Both the position numbers and the translations under genes were made by a program. The notes under the pieces were generated by a model. That model worked only from the letters and a program-made list of their open reading frames with translations, had not been told where the DNA came from and ran no database searches. Positions 49,874 to 61,470 of a stretch of DNA of 64,000 nt are shown here, one piece after another. The stretch spans positions 4,576,001-4,640,000 of the forward strand of contig OZ244042.1 in assembly GCA_965215015.1 (NCBI GenBank), given 5' to 3'. This stretch comes from Candidatus Poribacteria bacterium. GTDB taxonomy: Bacteria > Poribacteria > WGA-4E > PCPOR2b. How positions within the stretch are numbered: the stretch's first letter is position 1; each line of letters starts with the position of its first letter.

Positions 49874-50041
49874 GTTGTATCTAACCTAGCATAAAGATTA
49901 TACCATATTTTGCCAGATTAATCGAAACAGTTTCTAACCCTCTAATTTAGATTTGGGTGGCGGAATATGCCGAGGACACAGCCAATTCTGTCGCAACACC
50001 AATCAGGTCAGTTCAGTCCCTTCATTTCGAGAGTCCTTGAC

Positions 50042-50242
50042 CTATCGTTGTCTAGTATGAAAAGTGCGAATCTTGTTTTTTCGTTGCCGTTTTAGCTCTA
50101 GGCGGCGGCGTTTTTCGCTCGGCTTTTCATAGAAGCTGCGTCGCCTGATTTCGGTGACAATACCTGCCTTGCCGCATATCTTCTTGAAGCGAGCAAGTGC
50201 TCGATCAAGTGTTTCGTCCGGTTCGACTCTAACATGGATCAT
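50042..50242 (-). CDS. rpsU: 30S ribosomal protein S21
   Basis: ETLDRALARFKK...GIVTEIRRRSFYEKPSEKRR; GGAGG RBS. Confidence 0.93.
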   Translation of the reverse strand: MIHVRVEPDETLDRALARFKKICGKAGIVTEIRRRSFYEKPSEKRRRLELKRQRKNKIRTFHTRQR

Positions 50243-50399
50243 TATATCAAACCTCCCCCCTTTCGGCTCTTGGGATTTTAGTAACCGGTGACAGGTTATG
50301 AGAGAATAACACCCTATCAACACTTTTTAATCAACCAACACTTTTTAATCAACAAAAAGAAGGCGCAGCACAGTAGGATTGTTAGGTGTCCCCTAACAA

Positions 50400-50450
50400 C
50401 CGACTCCCCAGCCTAAAGGGATGGGGTTCCACTGCGAAGATTTTGATGAA
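50400..50450. mobile_element. Possible IS200/IS605-like terminal hairpin remnant
   Basis: ACTCCCCAGCCTAAAGGGATGGGGTTCCACTGCGAAGATTTTGATGA resembles family ends from recall. Confidence 0.4.
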
Positions 50451-50790
50451 AAGATGTGAATTAATGCAATACCTGATAGATACTGATGGAACAGCATGGT
50501 GCCGGCATCTTTCCGATATCTCAACACAGATCAGATTAAGTTGACTTCTAATTGTAGGTGCGAAATAGTCTTGTACCTGCATTACCAAAATCGCAAGTTT
50601 AGTTTCTTGAAATACGGTTTCCTATTATACCAGTTTATACCGTGATTCTCAACAGAAAAATTCGATACAGGCAATATTAATCCCAAAAATCAGTAATGGA
50701 CCTACCGACGGGTAGGGTTTAGATCCGATTTTCGATAGGGTATGGGTAGTTTCCTATTTTTTGGATTGTCTAATTAGCGAGGAGTACGAC

Positions 50791-51789
50791 ATGGCATTAA
50801 AATGGGGAGTGCTTGGGGCGGGAAATGTTGCACAACGCCGAGCTATGCCAGCGATAAATAAAGCGAAAGACGCGGAACTCCACGCGCTACTTTCTAGGGA
50901 GGCTACACGTGCCAAACAGCTTGCAATAGAGCATGGCGCACGGACGTATCACACAACGGTCCAGAATCTTCTGTCAGACGAAGCACTGGATGCAATTTAT
51001 GTTTCAACACCTGTGTATTTGCACTGCGAGCAGGTGATTGAAGCTGCCGAACGGGGATTCCATGTTCTCTGTGATAAACCGATGGCGATGAATACGGCGG
51101 AGTGTCAACGGATGATCGATGCCTGCGAAGCGAACGGGGTGCATTTGCAGATCTGCTTCCTGTTTCGCTTCCATTCCTGTTTTCAGCAAATAAAAAACTG
51201 GGTAGCCGAGGGGCATTTGGGGAAAATTGTCCAAGGACGGGTGCCGTTTCTGAAACCGTTTCCGATCCGGTCGGGGATGTGGCGTGGTAATCCAGATCAG
51301 GGGGGCGGTGGGTGCCTTATGGATCTTGGAGCGCACGGAGTCGATCTGTTACGTTACATCGTCGGAGAGGTCAGTCAGGTCAGTGCATTCTGTAATAGTG
51401 TTGTCCACGGGTACGATGTTGAAGAGACCGGGATAATCATGATGCGTTTTGAGAACGGTGCTCAGGGGTTCGTTGATGCTAGCTTCTCTGCTGCGGGGTG
51501 CGATCTTGTTATTGAGATATACGGCACCGACGGATGGGTGTGGGTCTACAATGATAGGGGTTGGAAGATTAAACTTTCCACCAACAACAAGTCTCAAATC
51601 ATTGACTCTCAGTATGAAGACCTTTACCAGTACCAATTTGAGCATTTTACACGGTGTGTAGCTGAGGGCGAACAACCGATTGTCACAGGACTGGATGGGC
51701 TACGTACTAATAGGATTCTTATGGCTGCTTACGAATCAGACCGGACGGGAAAAGCTATTTCATGTCCTGCGGAATCTCTGAATGGGTAA
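50791..51789 (+). CDS. Gfo/Idh/MocA family oxidoreductase
   Basis: WGVLGAG, LCDKPM, GGGCLMDLGAHGVD. Confidence 0.92.
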   Translation: MALKWGVLGAGNVAQRRAMPAINKAKDAELHALLSREATRAKQLAIEHGARTYHTTVQNLLSDEALDAIYVSTPVYLHCEQVIEAAERGFHVLCDKPMAMNTAECQRMIDACEANGVHLQICFLFRFHSCFQQIKNWVAEGHLGKIVQGRVPFLKPFPIRSGMWRGNPDQGGGGCLMDLGAHGVDLLRYIVGEVSQVSAFCNSVVHGYDVEETGIIMMRFENGAQGFVDASFSAAGCDLVIEIYGTDGWVWVYNDRGWKIKLSTNNKSQIIDSQYEDLYQYQFEHFTRCVAEGEQPIVTGLDGLRTNRILMAAYESDRTGKAISCPAESLNG

Positions 51790-51850
51790 TGAATCAGGAA
51801 TACTTGAGAGCAGGCGGTAAATTTCCATGAATAAGCTCTTAGTTAGAGGG

Positions 51851-51973
51851 TGACAAAATGACGCATCAACAATAAAATGCAGCCATAATGACATATTGTC
51901 TCGATTCTAAGCGTGTCAAAATGTCATTGACGGGCAGATAACCCAGTAATAGCAGGGTGGCATATCTATTGCA
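51851..51973 (+). promoter_or_regulatory. Sigma54-type promoter of groES with upstream repeated boxes
   Basis: TGGCATATCTATTGCA at 51958-51973 (GG-N10-GC); TGACAAAATGAC, GCCATAATGACA and TGTCAAAATGTCA upstream. Confidence 0.65.
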
Positions 51974-52032
51974 CATTATTAGGCGTTGTATCAATTTATT
52001 GATTCAAACCTTAACAAGAAGGAGATTAAGAT

Positions 52033-52323
52033 ATGGCACTCACGCCGTTAGGTGATCGGATTCTAATCCGACGCACTGAAGATGATGAGCAGACAACCAG
52101 TGGCGGGATTATTATCCCTGACACTGCTAAAGAGAAACCCCAAGAAGGGGAAGTTATTGCTGTTGGACACGGCCGCTTGCTTGACAATGGTGACCGGCAA
52201 CCCATTGATGTCGCAGTTGGAGATAAAATCCTGTTTGGGAAGTACTCTGGCACTGAAGTGACGTATGAAAATGAAGAGTTGCTGATTCTACGCGAAGATG
52301 ATATCTTGGCAAAGATTAGCTAA
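52033..52323 (+). CDS. groES: Co-chaperonin GroES
   Basis: [31 protein letters not shown]. Confidence 0.98.
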   Translation: MALTPLGDRILIRRTEDDEQTTSGGIIIPDTAKEKPQEGEVIAVGHGRLLDNGDRQPIDVAVGDKILFGKYSGTEVTYENEELLILREDDILAKIS

Positions 52324-52344
52324 TTTTGGAAGTTAAGAGAATGA

Positions 52345-53991
<1,647 letters not shown>

Positions 53992-54099
53992 TCAATGGTG
54001 GTGGTTTGCAAGTGTTGATTACGTGAAATGTGGTGCATAAAAATAATTTGTTCATTGATTCACCAATGCACTTGTGAACCGATGAAGGCTTGAAAGATG

Positions 54100-54133
54100 T
54101 GGAGGGCAGAGATTTTCTTTGCCCTCCATTTTT
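54100..54133 (+). terminator. Intrinsic terminator after groEL
   Basis: TGGAGGGCAG...TTGCCCTCCA followed by a T run. Confidence 0.65.
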
Positions 54134-54284
54134 ATTCAAAGAGCGCAGAAGCGCGAAGGTGTCCTAGCGTTGAACCTCCCACGCCAAGTTGCCTTGGCTT
54201 TCTATTTTATTTTCCCTCCCATAAGCCCCATCCTTGTAATGCCCCCTACCTTTCTATCCAGTCTTCTCATTGTGCAGGCCTCCG

Positions 54285-55367
54285 TTATCCCATTCGGAGG
54301 CTGCGGTCCTCCAACGGTAAATTGATTCGAACATTGCCACGGCGATGGGATTCGCGTAGGCCGAGGGCAATCTCCAACGCCTCCCTGCCAAATTCGCCCG
54401 GACAGATTCGCTCTTCTCCCGTTTCAAGTGATTTGCAAACTCCTTCGATTGCATCTACCATTGAACTTCGCGGATACCAAGGGTTGGGAAACTGACATTG
54501 GATAGGCCCACCTGTTTCTGGATGGGTACTCCACAGCTCAAACTGGGCGTGGGCATTGCGTGAGACGATACGCCCTCTTTCACCGATAAATTCGAGCGTC
54601 CATGTGTGCCCTGAAGTTTCAGATTGGGTATTCATCACAGCGCGGACACCGTTCTCGTAGACGATATATCCCGATCCTGAGAGGTCGCTATCCCCCGCAG
54701 CACTCTCTTCGCTGTCCATTACGCCAAAGACCCACTGTGCGGGAGCATCGGCAAACAGGCGAAGGAGCGCGAACGTATGACTGTGCAGATTTGAGAGACT
54801 GGCTGGACTGTGGCAGATCATCGATCTCAAATTACCGATGGCACCGTCAGCAATTGCTTGACGAGCGTTTGTGTACCAGTTGTACCAGTTGAGGTGACAC
54901 GCAATGGCGAGGATGACCCCGCGCTTGTGGCAGGCCTCAATCATCGCGTCCGCTTCGGCCAGGGTGCGGCACATCGGTTTCGTGGCATAGATTGCCTTGA
55001 CACCCGCTTCTGCTAAGCCGATAGTGACCTCCGCACGGGGTTCGGGACGGGTTGTTAGGCAGACGATGTCCGGCTGTTCCTTTTCCACCATCTCCCGGTA
55101 ATCAGTATAAAGGGCTTCGACGCCCCAACGTCGCTTGAAGTCATCCAGTTTGGTTGGATCCACATCAACGGCAGCAATGAGATCCACTCCCCGCGCCTCA
55201 ATCATTGCTGGGGCGTGCGCCCAGGGCCAGGGATAGTGTGGCATTCCGATATGCTCGTCGTCAATCGTGCTGCCCATTCTGCCACATCCAACAACTGCAC
55301 CACGATAGGTACGTTGAGGTTTGCTCTCGTGAATGACGCGAAATGCTTCGCCTTTGGGTTCAGCCAT
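54285..55367 (-). CDS. Gfo/Idh/MocA family oxidoreductase
   Basis: VGCGRMG, YTDYREM, ATKPM, GAIGNLR. Confidence 0.88.
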   Translation of the reverse strand: MAEPKGEAFRVIHESKPQRTYRGAVVGCGRMGSTIDDEHIGMPHYPWPWAHAPAMIEARGVDLIAAVDVDPTKLDDFKRRWGVEALYTDYREMVEKEQPDIVCLTTRPEPRAEVTIGLAEAGVKAIYATKPMCRTLAEADAMIEACHKRGVILAIACHLNWYNWYTNARQAIADGAIGNLRSMICHSPASLSNLHSHTFALLRLFADAPAQWVFGVMDSEESAAGDSDLSGSGYIVYENGVRAVMNTQSETSGHTWTLEFIGERGRIVSRNAHAQFELWSTHPETGGPIQCQFPNPWYPRSSMVDAIEGVCKSLETGEERICPGEFGREALEIALGLRESHRRGNVRINLPLEDRSLRMG

Positions 55368-55441
55368 GAGATTTTCCTTTCGATATCAGTTTTGGAAACC
55401 AGTGCGTAAAGCATGAACCCAAAGCGCAAAGTACCCATTTC

Positions 55442-56146
55442 TTACGCCTCACGCTCTACACTTGACGCCTTCTCTGACTCGTTTCCAAGTTTTGCTTTCA
55501 GTGCTGCGAGGTCATCCTCAACGTTGCCGTTTTCCTCCAACGCTGCGAACTCATCTTCAAGAGTATCCTTCTCAAAATCAGCCATTTCGACAGCGGCATC
55601 CGCCCTGGCTTCCATATCACCGACCTTCTGCTCCATCCGATCGAAGGTGTCAAAGGCACTGCTATCTTTCATCCCCGCCATCGTTTCATGGATCTGCTTT
55701 TGTGCTTTGGCGCGCTTCTGGCGTGCGATCAGCAGATACTTCTTACGGTTGGCTTCTCCAATCTTCAGTTCTAGGGCTCTCAAATGTTCCTTGAGTTGGT
55801 CAACAGCTTGTCGCTGCTTGTCCCATTGGATTTTGTATTCATCCGCGAGCTGCTGCCCCTCATTTCGTCGTGCCAAGGCTTCTCGCGCTAAGTCATCCCG
55901 TTCTTTCTGAACGGCGATGGTGGCTTTCCCTTCCCACTGTTTGGCTTGTTCGGCGGCCTCCTGATACTGTCTCTGAAGACGCTTTTCATCGGCAATTGCG
56001 GCAGCTACCTTCTGTTTTGTATCAATCAGCTGCTCGTTCATTTCGATGGTAACTTGGTTGAGAACCTTTTCCGGGTCCTCCGCCTTGGTCAAGGCATCGT
56101 TCACATTGGCTTTGAAGACTGTAGAGATTCGACTGAAGACGCTCAT
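55442..56146 (-). CDS. pspA: PspA/IM30 family protein
   Basis: MSVFSRIS..FKANVN..L.KAEDPEKVL, REDLARE-like RDDLAREAL, FDRME.KV, DDLAALKAKL; GGAGG RBS. Confidence 0.92.
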   Translation of the reverse strand: MSVFSRISTVFKANVNDALTKAEDPEKVLNQVTIEMNEQLIDTKQKVAAAIADEKRLQRQYQEAAEQAKQWEGKATIAVQKERDDLAREALARRNEGQQLADEYKIQWDKQRQAVDQLKEHLRALELKIGEANRKKYLLIARQKRAKAQKQIHETMAGMKDSSAFDTFDRMEQKVGDMEARADAAVEMADFEKDTLEDEFAALEENGNVEDDLAALKAKLGNESEKASSVEREA

Positions 56147-56224
56147 TCTAATATCCCTCCGTATCATAGGTTGCAATTTAAGTTAATTGGACCGCTGGGC
56201 GGTTCATAAAATCGCTTTTGATGA

Positions 56225-56240
56225 TGCAAGGGAATTGCCA
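56225..56240 (-). promoter_or_regulatory. Sigma54-type promoter of pspA
   Basis: Minus strand TGGCAATTCCCTTGCA (GG-N10-GC), about 80 bp upstream of the ATG. Confidence 0.7.
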
Positions 56241-56619
56241 TTCAGTCTTATTCGAGTTTACCTTTATTATTTATAATAAGTATAATAGCGAATTTGTGCC
56301 TCATTGTCAATCAGTTTCTGGGGTTCATGTGCCCCAGCGTTTTGTGAGTTGATATGTGACCACCCTAATTTTTCACGTTCTAGCTTTGTCTCGTTTCTTG
56401 GCAAAGTATCTCACACATCCAAATATCTAAAACCGTATCAACACTAAAGACATAAAAAAGAAGATAAGTGAGTTTTTTCTGAAACTTGCCCTTGATACTT
56501 AACGTATGTTATGGTAAAATAATGTCCATCACCTCATTTTTTTAAGCAACTTTATATAATAACGTATAAATCTCAACACGCCCTAGCAACTCAGTTAACC
56601 TCACACATGGAGGATAGAT

Positions 56620-57306
56620 ATGGAACTCGGTTCAATTCACGATGCGGCAGCCAACGGTGACCTCGATGCAGTAAAGAAAATCGTTGAGCAGGATCCCTCA
56701 CTGGTTAATCAAGATGACAAATATGAGTGGCGTCCGATATTTCACGCAGGATTAAGACGCCATTACGATATTGTTAAATATCTAATAGATTGCGGCGCGG
56801 ATTTGGCAGCGCATGATGGTTATGTGATTCACTACGCTGGAGAGGTGCCAAATAATAAGGAAGTTGTATCATTGCTCATTGCGTATGGGGGGTTGGATGC
56901 CCATACCAAACCGTCAAGCGAAGTTGCTCGCCAGTTCATATACGCTGTGTTCTTAGCCAATTCGGGACGGGTCAACGCAATGCTGCGTGATGACCCGAAG
57001 TTGGTCCAAGAACGCTACGCTCGTAGCGATACAGCATTGCACCATGCTACTCGAAATGGGGACTTGGAAATTGTGAAGCAGTTGGTTAGCAGTGGTGCGG
57101 ATGTCAACGCCATAGCGGATCAAGGTCATTTTCCGCTGTACTGTGCAGCCGGTCATGGGCATGTAGACACGACGCGGTATCTAGTAGAAAATGGCGCAGA
57201 TTTACAAGCAACGCTTGCGGATGGCAAAACAGTCATTGAATGGCTAAAACAGTATGCGGATCATGACCGTCGCTTGAAATCCACTCTGGATGTATTGGAG
57301 AGATAA
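56620..57306 (+). CDS. Ankyrin repeat protein
   Basis: IHDAAANGD, TALHHATRNGDLEIVKQLVSSGADVN, PLYCAAGHGH..YLVENGAD. Confidence 0.9.
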   Translation: MELGSIHDAAANGDLDAVKKIVEQDPSLVNQDDKYEWRPIFHAGLRRHYDIVKYLIDCGADLAAHDGYVIHYAGEVPNNKEVVSLLIAYGGLDAHTKPSSEVARQFIYAVFLANSGRVNAMLRDDPKLVQERYARSDTALHHATRNGDLEIVKQLVSSGADVNAIADQGHFPLYCAAGHGHVDTTRYLVENGADLQATLADGKTVIEWLKQYADHDRRLKSTLDVLER

Positions 57307-57329
57307 TTTACCTTATTCGACGCACATTG

Positions 57330-57608
57330 CTAGGGCGTGTTGACATTTTGCTGGCGTCAATTAGAAATCTATTAAATGTTAACAATTCGTAGGTTGAGCT
57401 TGCTAGCCCAATCGATGTGCAGTAGGTTAAGATTCACATCTCGACAAAACACCCGGACTATAGCGCAATGTTCTCGGTATTTTCGATTTTGGAAAATCAA
57501 CCGACAAAAGTCTCAAGTTGCTTTGAATCCCGATCTTATCGGGGGTATCAGATCCAAGATTCTCAGAACGGAGATGAGTTCAATCCGTCACATGTCAACA
57601 GAACCTAG
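57330..57608. mobile_element. MITE-like element with CTAG ends (IS5-like TIRs)
   Basis: CTAGGGCGTGTTGACA ... TGTCAACAGAACCTAG terminal inverted repeats; no transposase. Confidence 0.6.
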
Positions 57609-57619
57609 TTGATAAACTA

Positions 57620-57795
57620 AGGAGGAGCGATCTACGAATCGCGACTAGCTCAATAGTTGGGAATTGGCATTCCCTCCTACACAAAACACAGTAGGGGGCG
57701 TATGAATTGCTCACGCTACAACTATCACGATAAAATAAACAGCTTGATCCACTAGCATACGAAAGTTACGGCATACGGAGTATGTCCACTAGTAG
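57620..57795. repeat. REP-like repeat cluster
   Basis: GTAGGGGGCG...CGCTAC, GGGAATTGGCATTCCCTCCTAC, and GTTACGGCATACGGAGTATGTCC (family of 19776 and 22813). Confidence 0.6.
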
Positions 57796-57857
57796 CAACT
57801 TGGATTCTGATACCTTGATGAGATTTGATCCTACAGGTTTTTATTACAAGCATTGAT

Positions 57858-58619
57858 ATGGGGAGAGATATAGTGAAGGAGATTGATGTACTGCATCATG
57901 CAATCGAGGTGTTCGCCCGTGGTTTCTGTTTTACCCAAAGTTTTACACACCCTTATCTGGCAGAGCGCGTTGGAGAGATTTGGGTGGTACGCGATGCACC
58001 GCGAAAGCGCGGGAACTACCGTAGAGAGGAATGGATTGCACACGGGGTAACACCAGAGGTGATTGACGAGACTGCCCGCAAACACACGCGTGGTCGATTC
58101 GCCGTATGTGCGATTTACGGTGTTCATGAATCCGATCAGCCGCTGCGAGCAGGTTTCAAAGCGCTCAACTATAGACTGGGGAGGACAGAGCCTATAATGG
58201 TGCACGAGTTGAAACGGATTCCACGTTTTGATAACCCCGTGGAGATTGCGCGCGTTACTACAGAGGCTTTGGCGGCCCAACTAAATAAAGCGGCACGGTC
58301 GCGCCAAGTTCTGCCCGAACATTTGGCGAAAAATTCGCCGTTGCGTCAATACGTCGCGCTAGCCGACGATAGGCCGGTGGGGTGGGTTCGCAGCATTGAT
58401 GTGAAGCAGGCTACTTGGTGCACTGATGTGTATGTGGTGCCCGAGTTCCGGCGTCGTGGTATCGCTCGGGCGATGATGATTCAAATGCTGCGTGACGATC
58501 GCGCTCACGGCTCGAAATTAGCGGTGCTTACTGCCAGCCACACGGGTGCTAAACTGTATCCACTTGTGGGATATAAACAGATCGGCATGCTCATGTTGTA
58601 CACACCTAAGAAGAGTTAG
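57858..58619 (+). CDS. GNAT family N-acetyltransferase
   Basis: DVYVVPEFRRRGIA, LTAS..GAKLY..VGY. Start uncertain (57858 or GTG 57873). Confidence 0.85.
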   Translation: MGRDIVKEIDVLHHAIEVFARGFCFTQSFTHPYLAERVGEIWVVRDAPRKRGNYRREEWIAHGVTPEVIDETARKHTRGRFAVCAIYGVHESDQPLRAGFKALNYRLGRTEPIMVHELKRIPRFDNPVEIARVTTEALAAQLNKAARSRQVLPEHLAKNSPLRQYVALADDRPVGWVRSIDVKQATWCTDVYVVPEFRRRGIARAMMIQMLRDDRAHGSKLAVLTASHTGAKLYPLVGYKQIGMLMLYTPKKS

Positions 58620-58736
58620 CCTCACCGGCCTTGTTGTCCATTTTTTAACTGCAACTCCCGAAATTGGTGGTACTATCTAATTGAGGGGTGCTCATAAGTA
58701 GGTTTTGATGCGTATACTTCTCAACACCTCTCCAGG

Positions 58737-58886
58737 CGTCGGGGACGGCTCTCCTAACCCGTCGGGTTTGGGAACCAGGCCCCTACGATTGACCCAGGCA
58801 CCCTCGCTTGAATTATGCATGCTCCTCATCTAATCATGGGGGGCGTGACGAACTCCAGTAGGGAACAACGATTGTTGTTCCCTACA
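58737..58886. repeat. REP-like GTAG hairpins
   Basis: GTAGGGAACAACGATTGTTGTTCCCTAC and a ...CCCCTAC element; similar hairpin GTAGGGAACGCAGATCTGCGTTCCCTAC at about 61272-61299. Confidence 0.65.
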
Positions 58887-58988
58887 AAGCAGAACCGGTG
58901 CCTAAGGACCTCGAGTGTTCAACTGCGTAAATCCTATATGGATTACAAGGTGACACGTCAATGCGGTTTTGGTTTTCAAGGGCCCTAC

Positions 58989-60338
58989 CTAATAACGCAG
59001 CCACTTCCATAGCTCACCTACTGTCGGCCGTTTACCATACATCAGTATGCCAATTTTGTATATTTTTCCCATGGCCAAGATGGCCCCAAAGGTTGTCGCA
59101 ATCATCACGGTAATATTGAGTATAATTTCCCATAACGGCGGAGTAAGTACGTTGATTCTCATGAACATAATCAGCGGAGAGAAGAGGGGGAAATGTGAGA
59201 GGGCTATTGCCAATGTGGAGTCTGGGGCGCGAAATAGACCGAACATCAGCATCAGGGGAATAATTAAGCTCATCACGAGAGGGGTTGCGACTTGTTGTGC
59301 TTCCTCTTCGCTGTTGCATATGGCACCGGCAACGGCATAGAGGGTAGAAAAGAGAAAGAAGCCCGATACGAAATAGACTAGAAAATACAAAAATGCTGAT
59401 ACTCCTGTTGATTTGATAATACTAGTGATTTCAATAAGCTCCGATGGTAGTTCCTGTATTCCAAATAGCCCCAAAATAGGGTTGATATTCATCAATAGTA
59501 GACTGGCACAACCGGCCCATATCAAGAACATAGTGAGGCACACTAAACAGACACCGATGATTTTTCCAAGCAGTAATTGATGGGGCTTGATAGAAGAGAT
59601 AATCACTTCCACGATACGAGTTGTTTTCTCTTCGAGCACACTCCGCATCACTGAGGCACCATATAACAACGTAAAAAGATATAAGGAGAAAGTCAAAACG
59701 TAAGTCAACCCTAATTTGACTATGGCTGTCTCTTGGCTTTCGACCTTGCTGGTTTCCTCACCTTTGACCTTTTCTGTTTTGGTTGTAACGGCGTACTCCG
59801 TAAGGCTTACTCGTCGCATCAGCTCTCTGACTTCGTGTGCAGCGTACCCTTTATCTTCAAGTCGCTTGTTGGTGACGATTTGGGAAATAACCCTGCTGAA
59901 AGCACTTTGTATCTCAAAGTTTGTGATGTTTTTCGCGTAATAGTTAACCCGGAGGCGTTCAAAGACATTCTTTGGAATTTCGATATATCCGTGAATCTCT
60001 TTCGCCTCAAGCTGCTGATTCAGTTGTTTTTTTGCCTCTACATTGCCGTTAAAATCCGAGGATTTCTCAACCAACTGATACACTCGCTTTCCTTTATGGT
60101 GGAAAAACGGATTGTCGTCAAGTGCTCCCTGCATTTTGGAGAAGATCTCCCCTGTTTCATCAAAAACGACAAAGGTTTTGATCTCATCGGATTTATGCTG
60201 CAATGTCATCATCAGACTGGGAAGGACCATCACAATAAACATCATCACCGGCATCAATAGGATTGATGCCACAAACCCCTTCGTTTTGACCCGCGTTATG
60301 TATTCTCTCTTGATGACTGTAATGACCTTACGCTGCAC
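58989..60338 (-). CDS. ABC-2 type exporter permease (NatB/YhaP-like)
   Basis: KREY..RVK.KGF, SVLEEKTTRIVEVIISS, IYKIGILMYGKRP. Confidence 0.9.
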   Translation of the reverse strand: MQRKVITVIKREYITRVKTKGFVASILLMPVMMFIVMVLPSLMMTLQHKSDEIKTFVVFDETGEIFSKMQGALDDNPFFHHKGKRVYQLVEKSSDFNGNVEAKKQLNQQLEAKEIHGYIEIPKNVFERLRVNYYAKNITNFEIQSAFSRVISQIVTNKRLEDKGYAAHEVRELMRRVSLTEYAVTTKTEKVKGEETSKVESQETAIVKLGLTYVLTFSLYLFTLLYGASVMRSVLEEKTTRIVEVIISSIKPHQLLLGKIIGVCLVCLTMFLIWAGCASLLLMNINPILGLFGIQELPSELIEITSIIKSTGVSAFLYFLVYFVSGFFLFSTLYAVAGAICNSEEEAQQVATPLVMSLIIPLMLMFGLFRAPDSTLAIALSHFPLFSPLIMFMRINVLTPPLWEIILNITVMIATTFGAILAMGKIYKIGILMYGKRPTVGELWKWLRY

Positions 60339-61248
60339 TTGGCTGTTCTCCTTCCCCTTTCACACTTTGAACAAATATCTCATGAAGTGTGGGCTCCATT
60401 AGTTCAAATCGGGTGATGTCCACCGATGCCTCGACCAGTTCCTGTAAGAGGGCCCTATAGTGTTCTGGAGCGTGCAGCTTAACCTCCACGTATTGACCAA
60501 AGTCATTACATCTTTCGACAAATCGAGAGTTTTTAATTAGGTCAATGTTTCCTGAATACCCAATCTCCACCGAGCTCCGACCGAAGGATTTTTTGATTTC
60601 TCGTAAATCTCCTTCAAGCACAATTTTGCCAGCATTTACCAAACAAATCTTTTCACACAGTTTCTCTGCCTGCTCCATAATATGTGTAGAGAAAATGATA
60701 GTTGCGCCGTTGGTGTTGAGTTCAAGCATTAAGTCCTTCAACAGCGTCATATTGATGGGATCTAGACCGGAGAACGGTTCATCGAGGATAATAAGCTCAG
60801 GTTTGTGGATGACGGTGGTGATGAATTGGATCTTCTGCGCCATGCCCTTCGATAGCTCTTCAATCTTCTTACTTTCCCACTCGACCAGATCCATCTTCTG
60901 CAGCCAGTAATCTATTTCATTAGAGACGTTTGCACGGTCCAGCCCTCTTAATTCTGCCATGAAAAGGATTACGTCTCTCACCTTCATCTTTCTATAAAGG
61001 CCCCGTTCTTCCGGCAGATAGCCGATTTGATCCGCAAAATCTTCACTCTGCTGATTGCGGTTGAAGGTAATCTTCCCTGAATCCGGCGCAATAATATCCA
61101 TAATCATCCGGATAGTGGTCGTTTTACCGGCACCGTTGGGCCCCAGCAGTCCATACACAGATCCTTTTTTAATATTAAAGGAAATGTTGTCAACAGCTTT
61201 GAATTCCCCAAAATGCTTGCTGACGCTTTCAACCTGCACTAAGTTCAT
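60328..61248 (-). CDS. ABC exporter ATP-binding protein (YhaQ-like)
   Basis: GPNGAGKTT, GYLPEERGLY, LSKGMAQK, LDEPFSGLDP, EPTLHEIF. Confidence 0.93.
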   Translation of the reverse strand: MNLVQVESVSKHFGEFKAVDNISFNIKKGSVYGLLGPNGAGKTTTIRMIMDIIAPDSGKITFNRNQQSEDFADQIGYLPEERGLYRKMKVRDVILFMAELRGLDRANVSNEIDYWLQKMDLVEWESKKIEELSKGMAQKIQFITTVIHKPELIILDEPFSGLDPINMTLLKDLMLELNTNGATIIFSTHIMEQAEKLCEKICLVNAGKIVLEGDLREIKKSFGRSSVEIGYSGNIDLIKNSRFVERCNDFGQYVEVKLHAPEHYRALLQELVEASVDITRFELMEPTLHEIFVQSVKGEGEQPSAA

Positions 61249-61470
61249 ATCGGACACCCTGTTATTCCCAAGTAGGGAACGCAGATCTGCGTTCCCTACG
61301 TTTGCTATTCTGAACCCCTGCTAGGAATCGGATTTTAGAAGCTGGCTAGGTAACGAGTTCACTAGGTAAACAAGTTTATTTCAAAGGAGCACTCACCCTT
61401 CTTTACTCATTCCGCAAAGTGTTCAACTCTGCAAAGGTTTGCAATTTTCACGAGGATACCCCCTTGTGAG

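Noticed and set aside
57376-57612. 78-aa ORF inside the CTAG MITE
   Set aside because: No transposase motifs; probably spurious.
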